A stretch of 64,000 nt of DNA from IMG/VR virus record IMGVR_UViG_3300032288_004534, positions 6,406-70,405 of that record, one strand, 5' to 3'. The notes beneath the pieces are model-generated. The model was not told where the DNA came from. It was given only the letters and a program-made list of their open reading frames with translations, and made no database searches. Of the stretch, positions 20,390 to 29,628 are shown one piece after another (the stretch's first letter is position 1; every line of letters begins with the position of its first letter). The stretch is from a virus. A program made the translations under genes and the position numbers.

Positions 20390-22015
20390 TTACACGCGGG
20401 CCCAACGATCAAACCATTCACCATCATCCGATGATCCATCTAAAGACATCGGGTCATCCATTGTACCGTCATCATAAAAACCTGCCGGCAACAAATCTTC
20501 ATCCATCTCCCGTAGCTTTTCTTCAGCTATACGGTGTCTAATATCTATATCAGTTAGTTCTTTAAAGAAAAGTTGCTTTGTTAGCCAACCAAATAAAACC
20601 AATGTCATCACAAGATCATCATTATAACCTTCTTCAGCCTCAAAAGAATTACCTTTTGATACAAAATTTGAAAGTTCTTCAATAGTATCAAAATCTTCGA
20701 TGATAAGCTTATCACCTTCGATTAATTCTTTTAAATTAGCACAACCAACAGCTTTCACAAATCTTGAAGTGGTAACGCCTAATTGTGATCTACCTGAGAA
20801 TCCGGCACTAAGCTGTTGACCACCACGACCCATTTGTGTAGTGGATAATACGTTATCACACTCAAGATCACGATGTAAAACTTCCGCGATTGTTTTACCT
20901 ACATCATTAGTTTCTACCAAGATATAAGCATTATTATAGGCCTTAGCATATCTGGCAATAATTTCTGGATAAAATGATGGAACTACATTATTGTTTTTAT
21001 ATTTTGCAACAAGTCTATATGGAGCCTGTGTCACATCTATTATACTAAAAGCGGAATAGTCAAGACCAACACCATGACCAGTATCGACCATGATAGCATA
21101 GGTATGCTTATATTCAGGCTGATGATAGATATCAACACCCCAACCATCTCTGGTTACATTCTTAAAGGCCATAGACCTAAGCTTTGAACCGGAGATAAGG
21201 GTGAGTGTACTACCAAGAAACTCAGTTTCAAATTCTTGCTTGAATTGTTCTTCGCTGGTATTACGAATAGTCTGTTCGCGCCACTTATCATCACGACCTG
21301 GTGTATCGCGCCAATGCACTTCAATTGGCACATATTCGCTACGTTTCTCAGTCGCATCAACCCACATCTTATAATAATGATTCAGACCGTTAGGTGTCGA
21401 TACGACTATGATCTTAGAAGTCTTACCAGAGCTAATCGTAGGATAAACAGATGCAAAAAATTCTTCAGCGATATTACGTGGTACGAATGCAAATTCGTCA
21501 AGAAAGATCAGGTTATATGACCCACCGCGAATCGCGCTAGCTGAAGTTGCAGATGCTAATATCTTTGAACCGTTTTCAAGTTCAATATTGCCTTTGTTCC
21601 ATATGACAATACCTTGCTGCATCCACTTTGGTATATGTTCATATGCAAGCTGAATTTTGGAAAGCATGTCTCGCGCAAGACTGCCTTTGTTGGCTAGAAT
21701 GGCGATGCTTTGATTATCATGAAACAGTATCAACCACAGCATATATCCAGTAACCGTCGTCGATTTACCAGACTGACGAGGCATCTTGCAGATGGAAAAT
21801 CTATTATCTTTAAATGTTCGAACCATCTTGCGCTGATATTGATATAAACCAAAGTTTATCAAACCGCGGTCAACGCTGACAATCTTCATATAATTTTCAA
21901 TAAAGTATTCAGGATCTGTAGCACACTTATGATATTCACGAATTTGATCTTCCGTGAAGTTTATTTTAACCCCAGCTTTCTTTAGTGTAGGATTGCCCAG
22001 ATAATTATCAGACAT
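20390..22015 (-). CDS. 17: Terminase large subunit gp17
   Basis: PRQSGKS, IFLDEFAF, VSTPNG, DDLVM. Confidence 0.97.
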   Translation of the reverse strand: MSDNYLGNPTLKKAGVKINFTEDQIREYHKCATDPEYFIENYMKIVSVDRGLINFGLYQYQRKMVRTFKDNRFSICKMPRQSGKSTTVTGYMLWLILFHDNQSIAILANKGSLARDMLSKIQLAYEHIPKWMQQGIVIWNKGNIELENGSKILASATSASAIRGGSYNLIFLDEFAFVPRNIAEEFFASVYPTISSGKTSKIIVVSTPNGLNHYYKMWVDATEKRSEYVPIEVHWRDTPGRDDKWREQTIRNTSEEQFKQEFETEFLGSTLTLISGSKLRSMAFKNVTRDGWGVDIYHQPEYKHTYAIMVDTGHGVGLDYSAFSIIDVTQAPYRLVAKYKNNNVVPSFYPEIIARYAKAYNNAYILVETNDVGKTIAEVLHRDLECDNVLSTTQMGRGGQQLSAGFSGRSQLGVTTSRFVKAVGCANLKELIEGDKLIIEDFDTIEELSNFVSKGNSFEAEEGYNDDLVMTLVLFGWLTKQLFFKELTDIDIRHRIAEEKLREMDEDLLPAGFYDDGTMDDPMSLDGSSDDGEWFDRWARV

Positions 22016-22427
22016 CAGAAGCTTGCCCGTCTATGATATCTTCCTTGCGACTGTTTATGATTGCTTGCAGATCAGCTGTGCTACCTATGAATACTGCATT
22101 ATTCACCACTGTGCTAGGGCCTGCGGCTTCGCCTCTGATATCTTTATTACGCTTATGAATATCAAGCAAATCTTTATTAACATCAGATATAGTCTTGATA
22201 AGCTGTCCGACAACCTCATATGCACGAGGTGAGTCAAGGTCTTTTGCCATTGTCAAAAGATTCTCAAGGGCTTCTTTACCCTTACCTATAACATCTTTTA
22301 GATTGCTTCGTGCCTCTTTGTAATCTATTTCCAGATCATCAGAATTTTCATTCTGATCTATTACTGCTGGCAGAGTTTCTTTTTTTTGAACTTCTGGTAG
22401 ATTTAAAGCATCATGTAAACTGCTCAT
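22008..22427 (-). CDS. 16: Terminase small subunit gp16
   Basis: PRAYEV, NNAVFIGSTADL. Confidence 0.9.
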   Translation of the reverse strand: MSSLHDALNLPEVQKKETLPAVIDQNENSDDLEIDYKEARSNLKDVIGKGKEALENLLTMAKDLDSPRAYEVVGQLIKTISDVNKDLLDIHKRNKDIRGEAAGPSTVVNNAVFIGSTADLQAIINSRKEDIIDGQASDV

Positions 22428-22428
22428 T

Positions 22429-23346
22429 TTAAGAATCCTGACCTGTTATTGGATCATATTTCACACCACTAGGATAGAAAAATGTATTAGGTGCATATTT
22501 CCAAGCAGAATTTGCTTGTATGAGATTTGGATTTATAGATGCTGCACTATTTGTAGTACCAACACCATTCGCATAAAGACCTGGTTGAACTGTCACTCTA
22601 GAGTTGATAAGAACCTTTTCAATTTCTTCATCTGTGATATCAATAGTTATACCATACAAAGTATTAGCTTTAGGTTTTAAATCCATAGCACTAATATTGA
22701 TAATCGACCGTTTGATCAAACCATCAGAACCAGAATTACGAACCGGACCAAAGAACCAACACTTCATAGTAAAATTAAATGTTTGAACTAAAGCTCTGCG
22801 GTTTTCATAATCGCCTTCATATGTATCTTCTATACTCATACCTGTCAATATAGTAGGTATGTCCATCTTGATACCCATCTCAGGAATCAAATTTATACTA
22901 TTAGTCCATTCGGGTCCAAAATATGGTAAAATCTGTTCCATAATTTGCACACCATCATCAGCATTTCTTACATAAGAATGTAAAGAAAAATTCAAATTCC
23001 AAGGGACTGGTGTTCTTTGATATCTTAAATTATTAGAATCAGTCGCCGATATAGAAACATTTCTTGTCGTCGATGGTAAACGTCTAGTGCCATCATATTC
23101 AAAGCCTGTTATCTCAAAAGCTAATCTAGGTAAAATGGTCTGAACTTGTGATGTTAGATCAGGATTATCACGTATTCTGGCTAACCATTTTTCTTTTGGG
23201 CTATATGTTATTGGTACGGCAATAGTTTGAATATTATTGTTATCTGCATCTATTCTACTTACTGTCATATCATTAAACATGTTACCAAAAGCAATAACAT
23301 ATTTGCGTAATGTCTGATGATAAAAAGTAGATCCGAACATTGGCAT
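22429..23346 (-). CDS. 15: Tail sheath stabilizer gp15
   Basis: FYHQTLRKYVIAFG, LPRLAFE, QIMEQILPYF. Confidence 0.93.
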   Translation of the reverse strand: MPMFGSTFYHQTLRKYVIAFGNMFNDMTVSRIDADNNNIQTIAVPITYSPKEKWLARIRDNPDLTSQVQTILPRLAFEITGFEYDGTRRLPSTTRNVSISATDSNNLRYQRTPVPWNLNFSLHSYVRNADDGVQIMEQILPYFGPEWTNSINLIPEMGIKMDIPTILTGMSIEDTYEGDYENRRALVQTFNFTMKCWFFGPVRNSGSDGLIKRSIINISAMDLKPKANTLYGITIDITDEEIEKVLINSRVTVQPGLYANGVGTTNSAASINPNLIQANSAWKYAPNTFFYPSGVKYDPITGQDS

Positions 23347-23348
23347 GG

Positions 23349-24185
23349 TTAATACCTGTCTATTTCGCTAAATGGATTTCGTTCGCTAAAATCAATATCA
23401 GCAAATGATTTTAGTGTAAAGGTTTGATTATTAGCAGTACCACCAAGTAATGTATATTCTTGATATAGAAATCCATTATCTTCAATCAATATTGGTTCGC
23501 TATTTTCGGTCAATAGATTATATCCAAGGACATCTCTGCTATAACGATCTTCTATTATATCTATCGCGGTATTACCAGTATCAATACGTTCAGAGCTATA
23601 ACGGAATAGTTCACATGTCATTTCATATGTGTATAACTTGCCGTGTTGATAAAAGACACGTTCATGCTCAACAAATTTTACTTCATAGATAGCGCCGTTT
23701 CCATTGTTTATAAAAGGAATATAAATCAAATCGCCTTCAAGAGGACGCGATGATGAAATAGAATATCCGTTGGCTGATCCTGTTTCTAGCAAATAATTGT
23801 CTGTGTTTGATGAATAATTTGCAGGATTGTCTTCTGTAAGATATATGTTTCCAACCTCATCAACCATCTTCTCAGTGCGAATCTGATCCCAACGACGACG
23901 GGCCATTGTGAGTGTAATCTGATCACGAATTTCCAAATTAAACTTACTAAGAAAATCACCCTCACCTTGAAAATTTTCAAGATTATTCACATAGACTTCA
24001 ATAGGTACTGCTAGATCAAATTTTGATAATGGATCTTCACCAAATTCTTCAATCTCATTGAATATGGTGCGCGGCATGTATTGCACATCGACACCATAAA
24101 TCTTGATGACCTCAACCATGAGGTCATCTTCTACCCTTTGTTCTCTTCCGTAATTATAATTGCGAAAATATTTGTTTGTGGCCAT
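23349..24185 (-). CDS. 14: Neck protein gp14
   Basis: IYGVDVQYMPR, FGEDP, PLEGDLIY, DFSERNPF. Confidence 0.93.
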   Translation of the reverse strand: MATNKYFRNYNYGREQRVEDDLMVEVIKIYGVDVQYMPRTIFNEIEEFGEDPLSKFDLAVPIEVYVNNLENFQGEGDFLSKFNLEIRDQITLTMARRRWDQIRTEKMVDEVGNIYLTEDNPANYSSNTDNYLLETGSANGYSISSSRPLEGDLIYIPFINNGNGAIYEVKFVEHERVFYQHGKLYTYEMTCELFRYSSERIDTGNTAIDIIEDRYSRDVLGYNLLTENSEPILIEDNGFLYQEYTLLGGTANNQTFTLKSFADIDFSERNPFSEIDRY

Positions 24186-24186
24186 A

Positions 24187-24930
24187 TCAATTCATCATAT
24201 CCATGACTGGTAGGCTATATCCACTATTCATTTCTTTTTCAAGAGCATTAATTTCATCATTAGCCTCATCCCAAATCTTCTGACCATTAAATTTAATTCC
24301 ACCAGGAAGATTCATACCTTCAAACTTCTTCAGGTTTTCACCCCATTGCTTTTTGATAAGCGCAGTAGCATATTTCTTTAACCATGGATCTGACCATACA
24401 TCGCTGAAGGTCTCAGAATCAAGCACGCGATAGCAATCGACAATTACATAATCATCAACCTTAACATCTTTATCCCATTTCATATCAACATATAGACGAT
24501 TATTATGGCGATTGAAACGAATTGGTTTGCTACCAACAAATATCTGCTCAAGTTCTTCGATATGTCGCATACCCATAACATATGGTACATAAGTTGTACT
24601 TGTGAAATCAAACAAGTCATTTAAATGAATTTGATAGCGTACATTGAATAGATTTGACACGCTAGATGCACGGCCAATATCAAAAATACGAATAACATAA
24701 TTGATATTGTCAGGAAGCGTGATGAATTTGTTATCTACGTCAGTCTGTGTAATTTTATATGAGAGATAAATGTGCTCTGTACCATCGAAATGAAAATCTC
24801 GATAATATGCAAGCGCGTCATCTATACGATCATCAATCTGCCCGTCATCAACGTTAATATCGATAACAGGATAACCTAGCCGTCTAAGACAATAATCTTT
24901 GAACAGCTTACGAGTAGTGGGTACAGCCAT
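24187..24930 (-). CDS. 13: Neck protein gp13
   Basis: YCLRRLGYPVIDINV, WLKKYATALIKKQWGENL, LPGG..FNG. Confidence 0.94.
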   Translation of the reverse strand: MAVPTTRKLFKDYCLRRLGYPVIDINVDDGQIDDRIDDALAYYRDFHFDGTEHIYLSYKITQTDVDNKFITLPDNINYVIRIFDIGRASSVSNLFNVRYQIHLNDLFDFTSTTYVPYVMGMRHIEELEQIFVGSKPIRFNRHNNRLYVDMKWDKDVKVDDYVIVDCYRVLDSETFSDVWSDPWLKKYATALIKKQWGENLKKFEGMNLPGGIKFNGQKIWDEANDEINALEKEMNSGYSLPVMDMMN

Positions 24931-24954
24931 ACCTACCTCCGAATTAAGCCATAC

Positions 24955-24962
24955 TATTTATG
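24955..24962 (-). promoter_or_regulatory. Late promoter-like CATAAATA (gp13)
   Basis: One mismatch to TATAAATA, intergenic. Confidence 0.6.
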
Positions 24963-24964
24963 GC

Positions 24965-25480
24965 TTACTTCTTTCCAGCCGCAGCCTCATCTTTTGCTCT
25001 TGAGCCTGCTGATGAACCAAAATAGAATGATACGACGGCACCCCAAGCGGTTCCTAGAGTACCAAGCATCACGAGCATAGCTTCACCACCACCTGACGTA
25101 GGTAATCCAAACATTAACATATACATTAACACACCAAAGAATCCAATTGTGATAACCGCAGCCAAAGCGCGTGGTGTCCAATCTCGGGGATTCTGAATTG
25201 CCATCTGACGTGCGCTATCACGATCACCTGCGCTAATACGCTCCAGATCAACATCAAGCTTTTTCATTTCAAGTTTAAAATTATTTTCTGCTTGCTTTAA
25301 TGCTAATAATTGGGCGGGTGATGCTGTTGTTGCTGCATAAGCTAATTCTTCTTCAGTACCATCCGGATGACCAAGTAAAGTCTCAGACAAAGTACGAACA
25401 GCCATACCTGCAAGAGGACCACCCATCGCCGTAGCGATGGTTGGCGCAACCGTCTTGACTATATTAAGAAGCTGTTCCAC
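24965..25480 (-). CDS. Putative holin (3TM/GTA-type)
   Basis: APTIATAMGGP, DRDSARQM, C-terminal TM helices ending FYFGSS. Confidence 0.65.
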   Translation of the reverse strand: MEQLLNIVKTVAPTIATAMGGPLAGMAVRTLSETLLGHPDGTEEELAYAATTASPAQLLALKQAENNFKLEMKKLDVDLERISAGDRDSARQMAIQNPRDWTPRALAAVITIGFFGVLMYMLMFGLPTSGGGEAMLVMLGTLGTAWGAVVSFYFGSSAGSRAKDEAAAGKK

Positions 25481-25484
25481 AAAA

Positions 25485-25754
25485 TTACTTCCTTATGAAG
25501 TTTGCGGATACCATACCCACAAAGCAACCGACCACTGTCTGGAATGCAGGTCCAAGAATCTCAAATATCTTATTATTGTCAACATCTGGATGAAAGATAC
25601 TGATTAACAAAACACCAACCACAGATACCATGATTGATGCAAGAGATATAATTGATATTTTTGTGACAAAAAATGAATGCGCCATTGACAGAGTGGTTTG
25701 TTCTTGTGTAAGAGCAGGCGGCGGCGCTGCGGTTTCTTCTTTATTTTCAGACAT
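25485..25754 (-). CDS. Small two-TM membrane protein
   Basis: Two hydrophobic segments flanking VDNNKIFEILGPAFQTVVG; GGAGG 9 nt before ATG 25754. Confidence 0.6.
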   Translation of the reverse strand: MSENKEETAAPPPALTQEQTTLSMAHSFFVTKISIISLASIMVSVVGVLLISIFHPDVDNNKIFEILGPAFQTVVGCFVGMVSANFIRK

Positions 25755-25813
25755 GATAGGCATCCTCCAGCTATACTATTGTCATCATGGTATAGCTAGG
25801 TCACATTGTCTAT

Positions 25814-26452
25814 TTAGACTTGTCCTACCAAAACTGAAGTTTTTAAGGGCAATGAGTTTGTAAAAGCTCCCGTAAATTCATGAGAATATATTTCTTTGCT
25901 AAATGATATTTGGTGTCTTAAATCATCTATAGAAAATATAGGATTTATATTATAAGCTCTGAGTGTATTGTTATTTCCTGCTAAACAAATAATGGTATCT
26001 TTTTTTATATTTGGTAATAATTGTTTAATTGGTAATAATCTATTGACGGACGGAATTATTATAATATTTGATTGGTTTACTTCATTTTGAATGTCATCAA
26101 ATATTACATCTTTTCTAACATATCTAATTGAATTATCTCTTTTTAAAATTTTTTTAATATGATTTCCCATTTTAGATACATTAGGATCATGATCTAATAG
26201 AGTTACGGAATGAAAATTAATTTTACTGTTTATCAACGGTTCTAATATTGGTATGGAAAACCATGAAGCTAATATTGTTATTTTATACAATGGTTTTAGA
26301 TATGGTATAATAGCCAAAGCTATAGCATATTCATGAATAGAATTGTAATTGCTTAGACTGAACATTATGCGATCATATGATTCCTTATCTAATATTTTTT
26401 CTAATGATGAATATTTTGTTCTGATCTCATTAATAAAAATATTATAATTCAC
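25814..26452 (-). CDS. Hypothetical, class I SAM-methyltransferase-like fold
   Basis: ITILASWFS (degenerate motif I), VTLLDHDP, KDVIFD; GTG start at 26452 coupled to the upstream stop (start uncertain). Confidence 0.45.
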   Translation of the reverse strand: MNYNIFINEIRTKYSSLEKILDKESYDRIMFSLSNYNSIHEYAIALAIIPYLKPLYKITILASWFSIPILEPLINSKINFHSVTLLDHDPNVSKMGNHIKKILKRDNSIRYVRKDVIFDDIQNEVNQSNIIIIPSVNRLLPIKQLLPNIKKDTIICLAGNNNTLRAYNINPIFSIDDLRHQISFSKEIYSHEFTGAFTNSLPLKTSVLVGQV

Positions 26453-27173
26453 GATTTGATTCCCATAAATCTCTAGCCCAATGTTTTGTATCAGATATAT
26501 CAAGACCAATACCATGAGAATTATTGAATATGCATATTTTATAGTCTGGTCTAAAAGTTGCAACTTTTAGATCATTAGGATATTCTGCACCAGAATTATA
26601 TGAATATACTAGTTTTCTTGGATGAAATGAATATTCATTTTCTTGTAAATAATATAATGATTTGTCAAAACTATCATATACTTTACTTATTTTATCTATA
26701 TTTTTTTGATAGAAATTAAAGACACCATCTAACTGATTATCTTTCCATGTTACAAATGACGAATTTATATCACACCAACTATCACCATATGCTGTCTTTT
26801 TATGATTTTCATAATTCCAATAATTTTTAATGATTCTAGGTTCATAAAAATTATAAGAATTAAGATATTCTGTAATATCATTATGAATTAATATATCCAA
26901 ATCCAATAACACATACGGACCATTACAATTTAAAAATCCATTTTTAAAACAACTAACCTTTTCAATTGTAAACATTGAAGATGATGTGCCTCTCCAATGA
27001 GACATTTCTTTTATATCATAGGTCTTTATGTCGATAGATAGACCTGCAGGATTATCAGTAATACAGTTAAAATCAAAATCAAGTTGACAATATTTTTTTA
27101 CCATATTATTGAGATAATTTACATATTTGTGTGAATATTTTTTACCCCATTTAAAACATATAAATCTAATCAT
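26442..27173 (-). CDS. Glycosyltransferase-like (GT-A fold)
   Basis: ICFKWGKKYS..YV..L..MV, CITD, LLDLD (DxD), INSSFVTW. Confidence 0.75.
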   Translation of the reverse strand: MIRFICFKWGKKYSHKYVNYLNNMVKKYCQLDFDFNCITDNPAGLSIDIKTYDIKEMSHWRGTSSSMFTIEKVSCFKNGFLNCNGPYVLLDLDILIHNDITEYLNSYNFYEPRIIKNYWNYENHKKTAYGDSWCDINSSFVTWKDNQLDGVFNFYQKNIDKISKVYDSFDKSLYYLQENEYSFHPRKLVYSYNSGAEYPNDLKVATFRPDYKICIFNNSHGIGLDISDTKHWARDLWESNREL

Positions 27174-27201
27174 AACCACCCTTCATCACTGGAGTTATTT
27201 T

Positions 27202-27834
27202 ATGTATAATGTATATTCAGTATTGGTTAAGCCAAAATATAGTGTAAGAGATGTGAAAAAAATAAATGGTCTTTGCCATAGATACATTCCAGGCAAATTC
27301 AAACACTATTGTTTGACTGATGATACTGAGCAATTTGCGGGTGAAAATTTCTGCGAGCTAATCGATATCAAGAAATATGAATTAGATATCTGGTGGAATA
27401 AAATGATATTATTTGAACAAGGTATATGTCCTAAAGATGAAATTTGTTTATTTTTTGATCTTGACTCAACCATAATTAATTCATTAGCACCAATATTATC
27501 AAATTATAATGGTAAATTAACTTTGGCCACAAATCCACATAAACTTAATAGACAATTTATAAGTTCTATAATGTATCACAAATACGGAAAATATTATACG
27601 ATGATGAACTCATCGTTTATGATGTGGAAAGGTGATCATAATATAGACCTATGGGAAAAATTTGCTAATAATGCAGATTACTATTGCAGCAAATACATAT
27701 TAGGAAATGATCAATTCATGACTTTTGAATATGATAATTTTCATCTATTAGATGAAAAATATATCACAGATTTTCAATTAAAAAGGATGAAGCTTGACAC
27801 ACCTGAAGCAATCATATCACTAAAAGATTTATGA
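27202..27834 (+). CDS. Glycosyltransferase-like (GT-A fold), opposite orientation
   Basis: GGAG before ATG 27202; CLTDD, WWNKM.LF, FFDLD, NSSFMMW, GNDQF; same family as the neighbour. Confidence 0.75.
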   Translation: MYNVYSVLVKPKYSVRDVKKINGLCHRYIPGKFKHYCLTDDTEQFAGENFCELIDIKKYELDIWWNKMILFEQGICPKDEICLFFDLDSTIINSLAPILSNYNGKLTLATNPHKLNRQFISSIMYHKYGKYYTMMNSSFMMWKGDHNIDLWEKFANNADYYCSKYILGNDQFMTFEYDNFHLLDEKYITDFQLKRMKLDTPEAIISLKDL

Positions 27835-28464
27835 TTCGATTTCTTCAACCATATTTTCCCAAATATTTTTGTCATAGATGACATAGCTAAGTGTTAAACG
27901 ATCACATTCGGTTCTAGCTGAATGCCAATAAATTTTATCAGGCTCACTAAATCTACCAAAATATCCAACCTTAATTGACCAACCTGGCTTGTCTTTAAAT
28001 TCTATGATTTCTCTTTTCTCCAAATCATAATGATAAAATGCACCATCGCCAGTTTTGCTATAGGTCATTACTATATTATAACCATGAGCATTTGCATTAT
28101 TATGCCATCCTATAAATCCTTTAGGGGGATAATACATCTTTAATGCATTATTTCTAGCACCAAGAAATGTCATAAGCTCATCATCTAGTTCTTTAAGAAC
28201 TGGATGAAAATGTTTTGGAATCTTTTCTGGACGCATCATTAACATATCCGCACCCCATGCATCGCGCGGGAAACCAAATCTATCCGGAGTGGGTAAAGCA
28301 TCTTCAAGATATTTTAAACTTGTGCATTCAATATGCGACAAATTTTTCTTGAAATCATCTCTTCGTTGAGTTTCTAGGGATGTATAATCTTGACGAAAAA
28401 ACCATTCACTAAAATTATCTAATATCTTTTGGAGATCCGGATGTATTCTCGATAAAACCCGCAT
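27829..28464 (-). CDS. Putative 2OG-Fe(II) oxygenase-fold protein
   Basis: YYPPKGFIGWHNN, G.F.Y, distal YWHSA and R-L-T, consistent with a double-stranded beta-helix oxygenase. Confidence 0.6.
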   Translation of the reverse strand: MRVLSRIHPDLQKILDNFSEWFFRQDYTSLETQRRDDFKKNLSHIECTSLKYLEDALPTPDRFGFPRDAWGADMLMMRPEKIPKHFHPVLKELDDELMTFLGARNNALKMYYPPKGFIGWHNNANAHGYNIVMTYSKTGDGAFYHYDLEKREIIEFKDKPGWSIKVGYFGRFSEPDKIYWHSARTECDRLTLSYVIYDKNIWENMVEEIES

Positions 28465-29164
28465 GGATTTTCTCCTTAGGTATAGTATAATGATGGACCA
28501 CTATTGGTTTGTCTGTTTCATTGTCATTATAATTATATACGAAATTCCATCTAGCATCATCAGGTAGTGTGGCTACTTTTATATCAAATTGATTTTCTTT
28601 ACAAAGGCGCCAAAAAGTAAATTGATCCCAAGGCTTCATTCTTTCAGTATATTTTGGCCAAGGCCAAACTTTGGAATGTATTTGAATTAGATAATCATCC
28701 CACCATTTTTTCATGAATGCGCGAACCTTCTCTGTATTCCTATACAGAAAAAGACCACAATGATATTTCATTTTTTCGGTATTATTAACCGCAGTGCCTT
28801 TACCGCTATATTCACGGATCTCAGTCAGAGCAATATCATTATCACCTAATAGTTCAAAGATATCTTTAATATCTTCATGCCAAACTTCAGTATCACAATC
28901 CATATACAATGTTATATCATATGGTGATTTATCAAGCGCATATAGTTTTGCCCTAGTGTGCACAGGAACACCAGTATGAATATTTTCGAAAAGATATCTA
29001 TCTTTATCTTTTACAAAATCTTTATGTGTAAAAAGAGTTATGCGAGCATCAGGATAATGATCTTTAATTGATACTGCTAATCTAATCCCTGCATCATAAA
29101 AAGCAGATGATATAGATGCTACAAGTAAAAATCCTTTACTGAGCTGTGTTTGCTGAGGCTCCAT
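28415..29164 (-). CDS. Glycosyltransferase (GT8-like / nucleotide-diphospho-sugar transferase)
   Basis: K.YAL.KSPYDITLYMDCD, HCGLFLY, WDQFTFW, RWN, VVHH. Confidence 0.75.
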   Translation of the reverse strand: MEPQQTQLSKGFLLVASISSAFYDAGIRLAVSIKDHYPDARITLFTHKDFVKDKDRYLFENIHTGVPVHTRAKLYALDKSPYDITLYMDCDTEVWHEDIKDIFELLGDNDIALTEIREYSGKGTAVNNTEKMKYHCGLFLYRNTEKVRAFMKKWWDDYLIQIHSKVWPWPKYTERMKPWDQFTFWRLCKENQFDIKVATLPDDARWNFVYNYNDNETDKPIVVHHYTIPKEKIHAGFIENTSGSPKDIR

Positions 29165-29627
29165 CTGTCACACCTTCATTATTTAATTGTTCATTGGTAT
29201 TTTCAATGGCTTGCTGAGAATTATAATTTTCCATAGCAATCATTGATGCTATTATTGAAACTTCCATAGGACTAGTAGCTTTACGCAATTTAGATTTTAA
29301 TGCCATATTTTTAGAAGTTCTAACTAATTCAATTTCAAAAGCATCACTCTTTGCCATAAACAAAGCTTCACGCTTTTGCATTTCTGCATTACGTTGTTGG
29401 TCCATCTGACGCTTAACACGATTAGATTCATGCGTCTGACGCTTCTTAGCAGTATTAGCATCAATTTCTTCGATACTATATTTTTCAAATATTTCTATCC
29501 AATCAGGATTACCTTCTGCTGTCTGCGTAACAGATGCTGTCAGGATCTTGCCATCATCATATTTGAACAGGCATACTACCTGGTTTTTTAAATTAGATGC
29601 CCAATACGGGTCTAATATTTCTCTCAT
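29136..29627 (-). CDS. Hypothetical protein coupled to the repeat protein
   Basis: 163-aa ORF starting 1 nt after the upstream stop and overlapping the downstream GT. Confidence 0.7.
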   Translation of the reverse strand: MREILDPYWASNLKNQVVCLFKYDDGKILTASVTQTAEGNPDWIEIFEKYSIEEIDANTAKKRQTHESNRVKRQMDQQRNAEMQKREALFMAKSDAFEIELVRTSKNMALKSKLRKATSPMEVSIIASMIAMENYNSQQAIENTNEQLNNEGVTDGASANTAQ

Positions 29628-29628
29628 C

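Noticed and set aside
27084-27112. TTGACA as promoter for the inverted GT
   Set aside because: No good -10 at 16-18 bp spacing, and AT-rich DNA gives chance matches.
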